DNA from: Malacoraja senta | Lineage: Eukaryota | Assembly: GCA_038087875.1 (NCBI GenBank) | Contig: CM075999.1 | Span: 2,730,001 to 2,794,000, forward strand | Direction: 5' to 3' | DNA length: 64,000 nucleotides | In this document: in pieces, positions 50,680 through 62,698 of the stretch | Layout: the number at the start of each line of letters is the position of its first letter | How positions within the stretch are numbered: the first letter of the stretch is position 1 | The notes under the pieces: model-generated | Database searches by the model: none | What the model saw: the letters and a program-made list of their open reading frames with translations, nothing else | What the model was told of the DNA's origin: nothing | Program-made: the position numbers and the translations under genes

Positions 50680-52365
50680 GTACGGATCTGAACTCAATGC
50701 CCGATGTCTTAAGAAGGCTCCCAACCCGAAACATCGCCTATTAGAGTCATAACCAGGGGTTCCATCCTGTCTGTACGGAGTTTGTACGTTCTCCCCGCGA
50801 CCCGCGTGGGTTTTCACCGGGTGCTCCGGTTTCCTCCCACACGTGCAGGTCTTTGTAGGTTGACACAAAACGCTGGAGTAACTCAGCGGGTCAGGCAGCT
50901 TCTCTGGAGAGAAGGAATGGGTGACGCTTTCGGGTAGAGACCCTTCTTCAGACTGCAGACAGGTTTGTAGGTTAGTCAATTGGTTTGTGGTCAATGTAAA
51001 TTGTTCCTAGTGTGTGTAGGGTGGTGTCAGTGTGCGGGGATCGCTGGTCGGCTTGGACTCGGTGGGCCGAAGGGCCTGTTTCTGTGCTGTATCTCTAAAC
51101 TAAACGAGATATGTCACCAACAGTGCTCCGGCCATTTCGCTGCAGAGTTCATGGTCATTTCCTCGAACATTTACACGGTTTACGTGCAATATAAAATGTT
51201 GTGTTTGTTTGCAAGTGGCTGCAAGAAAATTATTGCAACGCCATGCTCCATCCATAAAAAATACTAAGACTTGGCCTGGGTGTTTGTTCATTACTAAACG
51301 CTCTAATCCTGACCACTGTATAAGAAGGAACTGCAGATGCTGGAAAAATCGAAGGTAGACAAAAATGCTGGAGAAACTCAGCGGGTGAGGCAGCATCTAT
51401 GGAGCGAAGGAAATAGGCAACGTTTCGGGCCGAAACCCTTAAGGGTTTCGGCCCGAAACGTTGCCTATTTCCTTAAGGGTTTCGGCAGCATCTATGGAGC
51501 GAAGGAATAGGTGACGTTTCGGGTCGAGACCCTTCTTCACCACTGTCAAGTCAAGAGAGTTTATTGTCATGTGTCCCAGATAGGACAATGAAATTCTTGC
51601 TTGCTGCAGCACAACAGGATATTGTTAGCAAAAATACAGAACAGTTCAGTTCATTATACACATAAATTAGCAGATAAAGTGCAAGAGGCTGTTACAGTTC
51701 AGAGTTTGTTTGTTGGAGAATTTAATAGCCTGATGGCTGTGGGGAAGTAGCTATTCCTGAACCAGGATGTTGCAGATTTCAGGCTCCTGTACCTTACTTT
51801 ATTTACTTTCCAAGGTTGGAATCAATGGCCAGTCCATTTTGAACACTTGAAGGGTTGAAGCGAAGAGACACAAAAAGCTGGAGTAACTCAGCGGGACAGA
51901 AACCTCTGACATTCCCTCTCTCTCTTTCCCTCCCCCACCCAAGTTCACCAGCTTCTTGGTTTCACCCAACAAGTAGCTAACAATGGCCCTGTTTCTTTTA
52001 CCATCGTGACTTTTTCGCATATCTTTCGTTCGTTGTTCTTTATCTCTCTACATCATCGTCTATATCTCACATTTCCCTTATCCCTAACCAAGGGTCTCAA
52101 CCCGAATCGTCACCCGTTCCTTCTTTCCAGAGATGCTGCCTGTCCCGCTGAGTTACTCCAGCTTTTTGTGCCTGTCTTCGATTTAAAGCAGCATCTGCAG
52201 TTCCTTCCTACACGAGGGTTGAAGTGAACTAGACCTCCTCACAGCAAACAAATTAAACCATAAATATATAGACGGGCAAGTGGAGAACAGAGAACAGGTG
52301 TAATCTAGGGATATAGTTTCACTAAACACCAGGTTAAATCCAGATAGCTACAAAGTCGAGCTCAA

Positions 52366-52421
<56 letters not shown>

Positions 52422-55400
52422 TGAGAAGAGACAAAGCAACCTGAAAACCTCCAACTTCAATTGTAAACAGAAGCCTAGATTGTTGAGTCACAGAGCCAGA
52501 GCATGATAGAGTGATACAGCGTGGAAACACAGGCCCTTCGACCCAACTTGCCCAAACTGACCAATATTCAATTCAATTCAATTCAATTCCTTTATTGTCA
52601 TCTTGCAAGCAACAGTTGTACAGTGCAAAACGAAAAGACATTTCCCAGGGAATACCGGAGCATCGCACATGACGTTTAAAATATTTCACACATAATGACA
52701 CTAAAAACAATCCAGTCCCTGATGGAACAGTATAAAGTTAAAATAGATAAAAACAACGTTAAAATACAGTAAAACCAATCATAAACATGTCCGGGGTGGC
52801 TGATTTGAGTGGCCAGTGCCAGTTATTGAAGTGGCCAGTGCCAGTTATTGAAGTGGCCAGTGCTAGTTATTGAAGTGGCCAGTGCCAGTTATTATAGTGT
52901 CCCTGCCAAGCCGCAGAATCAGGTGACTGTGAGTACAGAGTGGCTGTTTAGCAGCCTTACAGCAATATGCCCCATCTACACTGTGCAGGAAGGAACTACA
53001 GATGCTGGTTTATAGACAATAGACAATAGGTGCAGGAGTAGGCCATTCGGCCCTTCGAGCCAGCACCGCCATTCAATGTGATCATGGCTGATCATCCCCA
53101 ATCAGTACCCCGTTCCTGCCTTCTCCCCATATCCCCCGACTCCGCAATTTTTAAGAGCCCTATCTAGCTCTCTCTTGAAAGCATCCAGAGAACCTGCCTC
53201 CACCGCCCTCTGAGGCAGAGAATTCCACAGACTCACCACTCTCTGTGAGAAAAAGTGTTTCCTCGTCTCTGTTCTAACCCTGGATAGACTCAAAATGCTG
53301 GAGTAACTCAGCATCTCTGGAGAAAAGTCTGAAGAAGGGTCTCGACCAGAACCATCACCTGCATCTGTTCTCCAGAGATGCTGCCTGACCCGCTGAGTTA
53401 CTCCACCATTTGTGTCTATCTTCCGTCACATCTACGCTAGCCCCACCTGCCTGCGTTTCGCCCGTATCCCTCTATACCTGTCCTATCCATGTACCTGTCT
53501 AAATGTTTCTTAAACATTGTGATAGCACCTGCAAGGGTTCTTTCTTCTCCAGAGATGCTGCCAAATGCACTGAGTTACTCCAGCATTTTGGCAGTATAAA
53601 CCAGCATCAGCAGTTCCTTCCGACACATTTTGTCTGCCTTCTCTTTACCCTACAGTGCCCTTCGGCCCACCTGCTCTGACCTGTCCCAGTTTTGTGATCT
53701 TCTGCAGTAAGAGGGGAATAAATAGATCAGCCATGACTGAATGGAGGAGCAGCTTCGATGGGCCGAATGGCCTAATGCTCCTATGCCTTATGATTTTATG
53801 GTTCTCCCACCTGTAACCTATTCTGTCTCATTTGTCATCGACTCACCCTCCACCAGATGATAGCCCTGACCTGCCCAATCGGGACAATGTACTGTGGCTC
53901 AATAACCTAACAACTTCAATAGGATGTGGGAGAAACTGGAGCACCCATCAACCTCCCATGTTACAAAGAATACAATAGGCAAAGACAATAGACAATAGAC
54001 AATAGGTGCAGGAGTAGGCCATTCAGCCCTTCGAGCCAGCACCGCCATTCACTGTGATCATGGCTGATCATTCCCAATCAGTACCCCATTCCTGCCTTCC
54101 CCCCATATCCCCTGACTCCACTATCTTTAAGAGCCCTATCTAACTCTCTCTTGAAAGCATCCAGTGAATTGGCCTCCACTGCCTTCTGAGGCAGAGAATT
54201 CCACAGATTCACAATACAATGCAAGTTTTGTTCCATACCGCATGGTGGTGCAGCGGTAGAGTTACTGCCTTACAGTACTTACAGCCCCAGAGACCCAGGT
54301 TCGATCCTGACTATGGGTGCTGTCTGTACAGAGTTTGCACGTTCTCCCCGTGACCCGTGTAGGTTTTCTCTGAGATCTTCGGTTTCCTCCCACGCTCCAA
54401 AGACATGCAGGTTTGTAGATTAATTGGCTTGGTATAAATGTAAAAAATCATCCCTAGTGTGTGTAGGATAGTGTTAGTGTGCGGGGATCGCTGGTCGGTG
54501 CGGACTCGGTGGGCCGAAGGGCCTGTTTCCGCGCTGTATCTCTAAACTAAACTAAATCTCTTTATGCTCAATGTTCTAGTAACACAGGTAACATAGAAAC
54601 ATCGAAAATAGGTACAGGTGTAGGCCATTCGGCCCTTCGAGCCAGCACCGCCATTCAATATGATCATGGCTGATCATCCACAATCAGTAGCCCGTTCCTG
54701 CTTTCTCTCCATATCCCTTGATTCCGTTAGCCCCAAGAGCCACATCTAACTCTCTCTTGAATACATCCAGTGAATTGGCCTCCACTGCCTAAAGGGGGTG
54801 TATGGTGTGAATGCCTTCCATCCGCCAGGGCATTGAATATAAGAAAAAGGTGACAAAGTGCTGGAGTAACTCAACGGACTCAATCAGTCTGAACAAGGGT
54901 GTGAAAAAGCTCCCCATCAGGTTCTTATTATCTCTTTCCCTCACACCTTAAACCTATGTCCTCTGGTTCTCCGTTCCCCTACTCTGGGCAAGAGACCCTA
55001 GTTAATGATTAGTACAGGTGTCAGGGGTTTATGGGGAGAAGGCAGCAGAATGGGGTTGAGAGGGAAAGATAGATCAGCCATGATTGAATGGCGGAGTAGA
55101 CTTGATGGGCCGAATGGTCTCATTCTGCTCCTAGAACATATGAACTTATGAACTCTGGGTGCGTTTAGTGGATCTATTCCTCTCATGATTTTGTCCATGT
55201 GGACATTCAAAAGATAATTTAAATCTGGTGTTTCCAAAGATTATGGAGACCTGGGTGGCACGGTGGCAGCGGAGGAGTTGCTGCCTCACAGCGCCATGGA
55301 CCCGGGTTCAATCCTGACTACGGGTGCTTGCCTGTACAGAGTTTGTACGTTCTCCCCGTGACCTGCGTGGGTTTTCTCCGAGTTCTTCGGCTTCCTCCCA

Positions 55401-57077
55401 CACTCCAAAGACGTGCAGGTTTGGAGGTTAATTGGCTTGGTGTAAATGCAAAAAAAAGTCTCTAGTGTATGTGGGATAGTGTTAATGTACAGGGTTTGTT
55501 GGACGGTGCAGTCTCGATGGGCCGAAGGGCCTGTTTCCGCCCTGTATCTCTAAACTAAACTAAACTAAAAAGAAGGGTCTCGACCCAAAAAGTCACCCAT
55601 TCCTTCTCTCCAGATATGCTGCCCGTCCCGCTGAGTTACTCCAGCATTTTGTGTCTGTCTTCGGTTTAAACCAGCATCTTTCAGTTTAGTTGATTGTCAC
55701 GTGTACCGAGGTACAGTGAAAAACATTTGTTGCGTGCTAACTAGTCAGCGGAAAGACAATACATGATTACAATCGATCCATTTACAGTGTAGAGATACAC
55801 GGTAATAGAATAACGTTTAGTACAAGGTAAAGCCAGCAAAGTCCGATCAAGGATAGTCCGAGGGTCACCAATGAGTTAGATAGTAGTTCAGCACTGCTCT
55901 TTAGTTGTGGTAGGATGGTTCAGATGCCTGATAACAGCTGGGAAGAATCCGTCTGTCTTCATCTTAAACTAAACTAATCCTGGATTAATGCTGCCTGGAA
56001 AAAAGCATTCTTAAAGTCGACGTTGTGGTTTTCTGTGTGAAGTGTAGGAACAGCAGCCTTCAGTCTGTGGCCCCGGCAACAAGCAACCTGTTGCTTGAGG
56101 GCCGATTCATCTAAAGTTAAAAATGGAGCACGGCTGATTTTATTGAGACACTATTTTATAGACAATAGACAATAGACAATAGACAATAGGTGCAGGAGCC
56201 CTTTGTGCCAGCACCGCCATTCAATGTGATCATGGCTGATCATCCCCAATCAGTACCCCGTTCCTGCCTTTTCCCCATATCCCCTGACTCCACTATTTTT
56301 AAGAGCCCTATCTAGCTCTCTCTTGAAAGAATCCAGAGAACCTGCCTCCACCGCCCTCTGAGGCAGAGAATTCCACAGACTCACCACTCTCTGTGAGAAA
56401 AAGTGTTTCCTCGTCTCCGTTGTAAGTGGGTCAAGACCCTTCTTCAAACTGAGAGTCAGGGCCTGTCATTCTGTGTCCCCTCTCCCCTGACTCTCAGTCT
56501 GAAGAAGGGTCTCGACCCGAAACGTCACCCATTCCCCTCTCTCCAGAGATGCTGCCTGAGTTACTCCAGCATTTTGTGTTTATCTTCAGTGTAAACCAGC
56601 ATCTGCAGTTCCTTCCTGTACATTTAACCGACAAACCTGCACGTCTTTGGAGCGCGGGAGGAAACCAGAGCACCCGGAGAAAACCCACGCAGGTCATGGG
56701 GAGAAGGTACAACTCCGTACAGACAGCACCCGTAGTCAGGATGGAACCCGGGTCTCTGGCGCTGGGAGGCAGCAACTCTACCGCTGCGCCACCGTGCCGT
56801 GTTAGTTAATGGCGAGAAATATTTAGTCATCAGATTTGATCTATTACCAACCCTAATGAGGTAGTTAGATCCAATAATATACACCGCTAAATATAACACG
56901 GGTTTCCAGAAATAATTTAATCTTGAAACTTGGTTGACCTTGCAGTGGCTGGTGAATACTAACTAATAATAGAATCCTTGGTCACTAGGTCTATTTTGGT
57001 CATAAACCGGTTAACAAATTTAGTGCGTTACATTCCAAAGGGTCCCGCGTCCTACTAATACAGAAGGAGGAAAGGCA

Positions 57078-57663
57078 CAGTGTGCCGGAGTAACTCAGCG
57101 GGTCAGGCAGCATCTGTGGAGAACATGGGACAGGTGACGTTTCACAGAGTGCTGGAGTAACTCAGCGGGTCAGGCAGCGTCTGTGGAGCGAAGGAAATGG
57201 GCAACCTTTCGGGCCGAAACCCTGAAGGAAATAGGCAACGTTTTGGCCCGAAACCCTTCCGGGTTTCGGGCCGAAACGTTGCCTATTTCCCTTCGCTCTA
57301 TAGATGCTGCCGGAACATGGATAGGTGACGTTTCACAGAGTGCTGGAGTAACTCAGCTGGTCAGGCAGCATCTGTGGAGAAAATGGATAGGTGACGTTTC
57401 ACAGTGTGCCGGAGTAACTCAGCGGGTCAGGCAGCATCTGTGGAGAACATGGATAGGTGACGTTTCACAGAGTGCTGGAGTAACTCAGCAGGTCAGGCAG
57501 CATCTGTGGAGAACATGGATAGGTGACGTTTCACAGAGTGCTGGAGTAACTCAGCAGGTCAGGCAGCATCTGTGGAGAACATGGATAGGTGACGTTTCAC
57601 AGAGTGCTGGAGTAACTCAGCAGGTCAGGCAGCATCTGTGGAGAACATGGATAGGTGACGTTT
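57078..57663. repeat. 66-bp tandem array (~7 units, interrupted by an inverted hammerhead-like pair at ~57190-57310)
   Basis: Same unit as 5941-6196; seen as a 22-aa periodicity in ORF 57183-57731. Confidence 0.9.
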
Positions 57664-58889
57664 CGAAATGTGCAAACTCCACACAGGCAGCATCCAATAT
57701 CGGGATTGGACCCAGGCCTCTGGCACTGTGAGGCAGCAGCTCTACCAGCTGTGCCTCAGTGCCTCCCTATAATCTGATTTCATCACTGACTGATGAAGGG
57801 CCAATGTATCAAGAGCCGCCTCTGTCCCCCAGTTCCAAGCTGGCATCACTGGTGTAGTTACTTTTTAGTTTAGTTTAGCGGAAACAGGCACTTCCGCCCA
57901 CCAAGTCCGCGCCGACCAGCGATCCCCACACACTAACACTATCCTACACAGAGGGCAATTTACATTATACCAAGCCAATAAACCAACAAACCTGTACGTC
58001 TTTGGAGTGTGGGAGAAACCGGAGCACCCGGAGAAAACCCACGCAGGTCACGGGGAGAACGTACAAACTCCGTACAGACAGCACCCGTAGTCAGGATTGA
58101 ACCCGTGGCTCTGGCCCTATCAGGCAGCAGCTCTACCGCTTCACGCAAACCAACCTTCCTTCCATTGACTCCATCTACACCTCACGCTGCCTCGGCAAGG
58201 CCAGCATCATAATCAAAGACCCGTCTCACCCCGATCACTCCCTCTTCTCCCCTCTCCCATCGGGCGAGAGGTACAGAAGCATGGTCTCGACCCGAAACGT
58301 CGCCAATTCCTTCTCTCCATAGATGCTGCCTTACCCGCTAACTCCAGCATTTTGTGTCTGCCTCCAGATTCAGGGACAGTTTCTTCCCAGCTGTTATCAG
58401 GCAACTGAACCATCCTAGCACCAGCTGGAGAGTGGTCCTGACCTCCCATCTAACTCACTGGAGACCCTCGGACTATCTTTAATCAGACTTTATTGGACTT
58501 CAATGTTATATCTTTGCACAAGATGCTGTGGCCCTTTAGCCTTTATCTGAGCTCTGTGGATGGCTTTATTGTAATCATTGGTAGACTTTTCTTTGACTGG
58601 ATAACACACAAACAAAAGCTTTTCACTGTACCTCGGTACACATGACTATAATAAACTTTACCACACCAAACTCTGAACATTTCTGTCTTTGCGAACCCGA
58701 CTGAAAAAAAACTATCGGATAGACTGTAGCACAACCTTGCATTAACTTCCTGGAGTATGGAGTTGGGCATACCAGTATGGCCCTTTGACCTTCGCTCGAA
58801 GGGAACGTGGGACATGGATTAGTTTTGTAAAGTTCAAAATTCAATTGCATGTGGACAGGAAAAAAAATTTGATGAAATAGTTGTCTTGA

Positions 58890-59322
58890 GTCGGCTGGGA
58901 CTCTATTCCTTGGAGCACAGGAGGACGAGCCGTGAGCTTGTCGAGAGGTGTACAAAATCGTGAGAGGAATAGGATCGGGTAGACGCACAGATCTCTTGCC
59001 CAGAGTCGGTGAATTGAGGACCAGAGGACATAGGTTTAAGGTGAAGGGGAAAAGATTTGATAGGAATCTGAGGGGTACCTTTTTCACACAAATGGTGGTG
59101 GGTGTATGGAACAAACTGCCAGAGGAGGTAGTTGAGGCTGGGACTATCCCAACATTTAAGAATCAGTTAGACAGGTAGATAGATAGGACGGGTTTGGAGG
59201 GATATGGACCAAATGCTGGCAGGTGGGACTAGTGTAGCTGGGACACGTTGGCCAGTGTGCCAGTGTGGGCACGTTGGGCCGAAGGGCCTGTTTCCACACT
59301 GTATCACCTCTATGATTCTATG
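58890..59322 (+). mobile_element. CR1 3' fragment (third family)
   Basis: YKIVRGI...RTRGHRFKVKGKRF...FFTQMVVGVWNKLPEEVVEAGT; a related minus-strand copy lies at ~59930-60330. Confidence 0.82.
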
Positions 59323-60734
59323 AGCTAACGACAATGACTTGTGTATCTGAAATGCTCGGTCTATACGAAAATTAGATCAAATTTGCACTTTGCATAGTTT
59401 GAACATAATTCCAATTTGGGAGTTTTAATTTGAACGGCTTAATTCGCTTGGCTGCTTACAACACAGCACGAGTATTGAGTTCTGTAAATTCACGTAAAAC
59501 CTTACATTCCCTCCCTGCTTGTTACATTGTTTCCCTTCTTATCACCTCCTCCACAGCCACAGTGGACCATTGTGGGCTCCACCTTCCGTGGGTCATCAGT
59601 GCCGCAATGAATTGTTAAAACCTTTTCATACCTCTAGTTTTCCACCTTCCCCCGACTCTTCAGTCTGAGAAGGGTCTTGATCTGAAATGTCACCTATTCC
59701 TTTTCTCTGGAGGTGCTGCCTGACCCGCTGAGTTACTCCAGCTTTTTGTGTCAATCCTCAGCTTGATGGCAATTATGTGTAGGAAGGCACTGGAGACAGA
59801 CACAAAATGCTGGAGTAACTCAGCGGGACAGGCAGCATCTCTGGAGAGAAGGAATCATGTACTGTATTTTGACTGGACAAGCTTTTCACTGTACCTCAGT
59901 ACACATGACAATGGTAAACTAGTCATAGAGTGCCTGCGTTTGGTCCATATCCCTCCAAACTGTCCTATCCATGCACCTCTCTAACTGTTTCTTAAACTTT
60001 GGGATAGTCCCAGCCTCAACTACTCTATTCCATTCACCCACCCACCATTTGTGTGAAAAAGTTACCCCTCAGATTCGTATTAAATCTTTTCCCCTTCACC
60101 TTAAACCTATGTCCTCTGCTTCTCAATTCCCCTACTCTGGGCAAGAGACCTCTGGGCATCTACCCGATCTATTCCTCTCATGATTTTATACACCTCTATA
60201 AGATCACCCCTCATCCTCCTGCGCTCCAGGGAATAGAGTCCCAGCCTGCTCAACCTCTCCCTATAGCTCACACCCTCTAGTCCTGGCAACATCTTCGTAA
60301 ATCTTCTCTGTACCCTTTCCAGCTTGACATCTAAACTAGACTGAAGATAGACACAAAGTGCTGGAGTAACTCAGCGGAACAGGCAGCATCTCTGGAGAGA
60401 AGGAATGGGTGACATTTCAGGTCGAGACCCTTCTTGAGACTGAGAGTCAGAGGAAAGGGAAATGAGAGATATGGATGGTGATGTAGAGAGATATAGAACA
60501 AATGAATGAAAGACTTGCAAGAAAGTAACGATGATAAAGGAAACAGGCCATTGTTAGCTGTTTATTGACACAAAATGCTGGAAAAACGCAGACTTCAGTC
60601 TGAAGAAGGGTCGAGACCCGAAACGTCACCCATTCCCTCTCTCCAGATAAGCTTCCTGTCCCGCTGAGTTACTCCAGCTTTTTGTGTCTATCTTCGGTTT
60701 AAACCAGCATCTGCAGAGGGTCTGCAGATGCTGG

Positions 60735-60965
60735 TCTCACAGAGAGTGGTGAGTCTGTGGAATTCTCTGCCTCAGAGGGCGGTGGAGGCAGGTTCTCTGG
60801 ATGCTTTCAAGAAAGAGCTAGATAGGGCTCTTAAAGATAGCGGAGTCAGGGGATATGGGGAGAAGGCAGGAACGGGGTACTGATTGGGGACGATCAGCCA
60901 TGATCACATTGATGGCGGTGCTGGCTCGAAGGGCCAAATGGCCTACTCCTGCACCTATTGTCTAT
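60735..60965 (+). mobile_element. CR1 3' tail fragment immediately upstream of the VGLL exon acceptor
   Basis: Standard CR1 ORF2 end and 3'UTR, with TATTGTC tail. Confidence 0.85.
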
Positions 60966-61000
60966 TTCTATAGTCTAAACTGTTCTTTCTTTCTCCTCAG

Positions 61001-61425
61001 AAGGTTCTCTGAATGAGCGAGTTTCCCCGCTTCTTTCTGGGACAGCGATTACCAGGCGCCCTCCACCACGTGTACAGCCAGCGGCAGCTGTATCGGGAGC
61101 CCGCACATCGAGCTGCAGCTCACCCCGACAGACCCCTACCCAGCCACCCTGCACCCTCACCTGGCACAGCCTCCAGACCACTGGCACTACCCGCTGGCTG
61201 GGCCCCTCAGCCCGCAGAGCCCAGCGTACCACCAGGCCAGGACTATACACGAACTCTACCCCGTCGGGCCCAACCTGGACCCTCGCTACAGCTCTCTGCT
61301 CGTGCCCACACTACGTGCCAACAGACTGCAGCCCACCCTCAGCGCCCAGGAACCCAGCTCGCCATGGTCTGGGGTCTTCCCCACCGCTGAAGTCACGCAG
61401 ACTTTAAACTTAAACGTCGACGCAG
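61001..61425 (+). CDS. Vestigial-like (VGLL2-like) downstream coding exon with an apparent 1-nt frameshift near 61019-61020
   Basis: Acceptor TTCTTTCTTTCTCCTCAG|, donor CAG|GTGAGA. The frame starting at 61020 reads SFPASFWDSDYQAP...TDPYPATLHPHL...HWHYPLAGPL...IHELYPVGPNLDPRYSSLLVP...VTQTLNLNVDA, matching VGLL2 motifs (RSFPASFWNSAYQAP, DPY, HEVY..HFDPRYGPLL, GLGLSVDS). This frame is absent from the ORF track. Confidence 0.9.
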
Positions 61426-61467
61426 GTGAGACTCGTTACGCGACTTACTTAAATTAAATTAATTTAG

Positions 61468-61775
61468 TTCAGTTTAGTTTAGTTTAGAGATATAGTGCGG
61501 AAACAGTTCCCTTCGTCCCACCAAGTCCGCGCCGAACAGCGATCCCCGCACACTAACGCCATCCTACACACATACACTGGGGATAATTTACATTTACACC
61601 AAGCCAATTAACCTACAAACCTGCACGTCTTTGGAGTGTGGGAGGAAACCGAAGATCTCGAAGAAAACCCACGCGGGTCACAGGGAGAACGTACAAACTC
61701 CGGACAGTTCCCGTAATTAAGGATCGAACCCGGGTCTTAGGCGTTGTAAGGCAGCAACTCTACCGCTGCACCACC
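61468..61775 (-). mobile_element. HE1-like V-SINE, near full length
   Basis: Reverse complement of the SINE consensus with (TTTAG)n tail. Confidence 0.87.
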
Positions 61776-62050
61776 CATGCCCGTCCCAATTGAATTAATC
61801 GGCTTTGACCAGCCTTTGCTATAAAATATTCTGTCTATTTCCAGTATTAAAGCCACTAAATAAACACTAATTACTAGCTTTACCTTGCACTAAACGTTAT
61901 TCCCTTATCATGTATCCGTACACTGTAAACGTATCATGTATCCGTATCATGTATCCGTACACTGTAAACGTCCCGATTGTAATCATGTGTTGTCTTTCCG
62001 CTGACTGGTTAGCACACAACAAAAGCTTTTCACTGTACCTTGGTACAACT

Positions 62051-62246
62051 ACTCACCACCATACAGGCGTCACGTGTCGACATGTCGCGGGGTGACGCCT
62101 GTACGGTGGTGAGTCGTCGCCCAAAGAGTCGTACCTTTTTTTGGTCGCCGCTGGATTTTCAACATGTTGAAAATTTTCGGCCACCTGCTGCGACGATGAC
62201 GGGTGCCGGCAAGTCGCCGAGAAAATCGGGGTAAGTGGGACAGGCA
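62051..62246. mobile_element. Fragment of a Harbinger-like DNA element with internal palindromes
   Basis: Ends in GTGGGACAGGC, the same TIR core as the MITE at 2521-3004; CpG-rich. Confidence 0.55.
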
Positions 62247-62416
62247 ACTTTACTCTCTTACCTCTCTATTGTATCTGAAAATTCTGCAACTCTTTTTTCT
62301 TCGCCTTGTCAGGTATAAATCATAGTTTGAGTTCTCTGCACAGATCTGAGCTGCACACCACTATGTTAATCCTTGCCATCGAAGCCCATATGTACCTCAT
62401 CTGTTGCCTGTTCACC

Positions 62417-62685
62417 GGGTGGCCCAGTGGCACAGCGGGTAGAGTTGCTGCCTCACAGCGCCAGAGACCCAGGTTCGATCCTGACTACGGGCGCTGTCTG
62501 TACGGAGTTTGTACGTTCTCCCCGTGACCTGCGTGCTTTCTTCCGGGTGCTCCGGTTTCCTCCCACACTCCAAAGACATGTGGGTTTGTAGGTTAATTTG
62601 CTTCGGTAAATCGCCCCTAGTGTGTGAGATGGAACTAGTGTACAGGCGATTGCTGGTTGGCATGGACTCAGAGGGCCGAAGGGCC
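62417..62685 (+). mobile_element. HE1-like V-SINE
   Basis: A/B boxes and V-domain present; 3' end truncated next to the following element. Confidence 0.85.
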
Positions 62686-62698
62686 GACTCCCACACTG

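Larger units (their letters stand above)
33711..55484 (+). repeat. Copy B of ~21-kb tandem duplication (starts at the gap)
   Basis: Begins with the sequence of 12626 and runs to the equivalent of 33510 (GGGATAGTGTTA), then completes the SINE that is cut off by the gap in copy A. Confidence 0.97.

Noticed and set aside
61013..61390. 125-aa ORF MSEFPRFFLGQ... in the ORF track
   Set aside because: Wrong frame of the VGLL exon; the homologous frame begins at 61020.
62313..62420. Possible terminal VGLL exon after acceptor TCTTTTTTCTTCGCCTTGTCAG (would read GINHSLSSLHRSELH...)
   Set aside because: Good acceptor and open in phase 1, but it has no resemblance to VGLL C-termini I know and runs into a SINE before any stop. 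Unsupported without transcripts; the true last exon may lie beyond the window.
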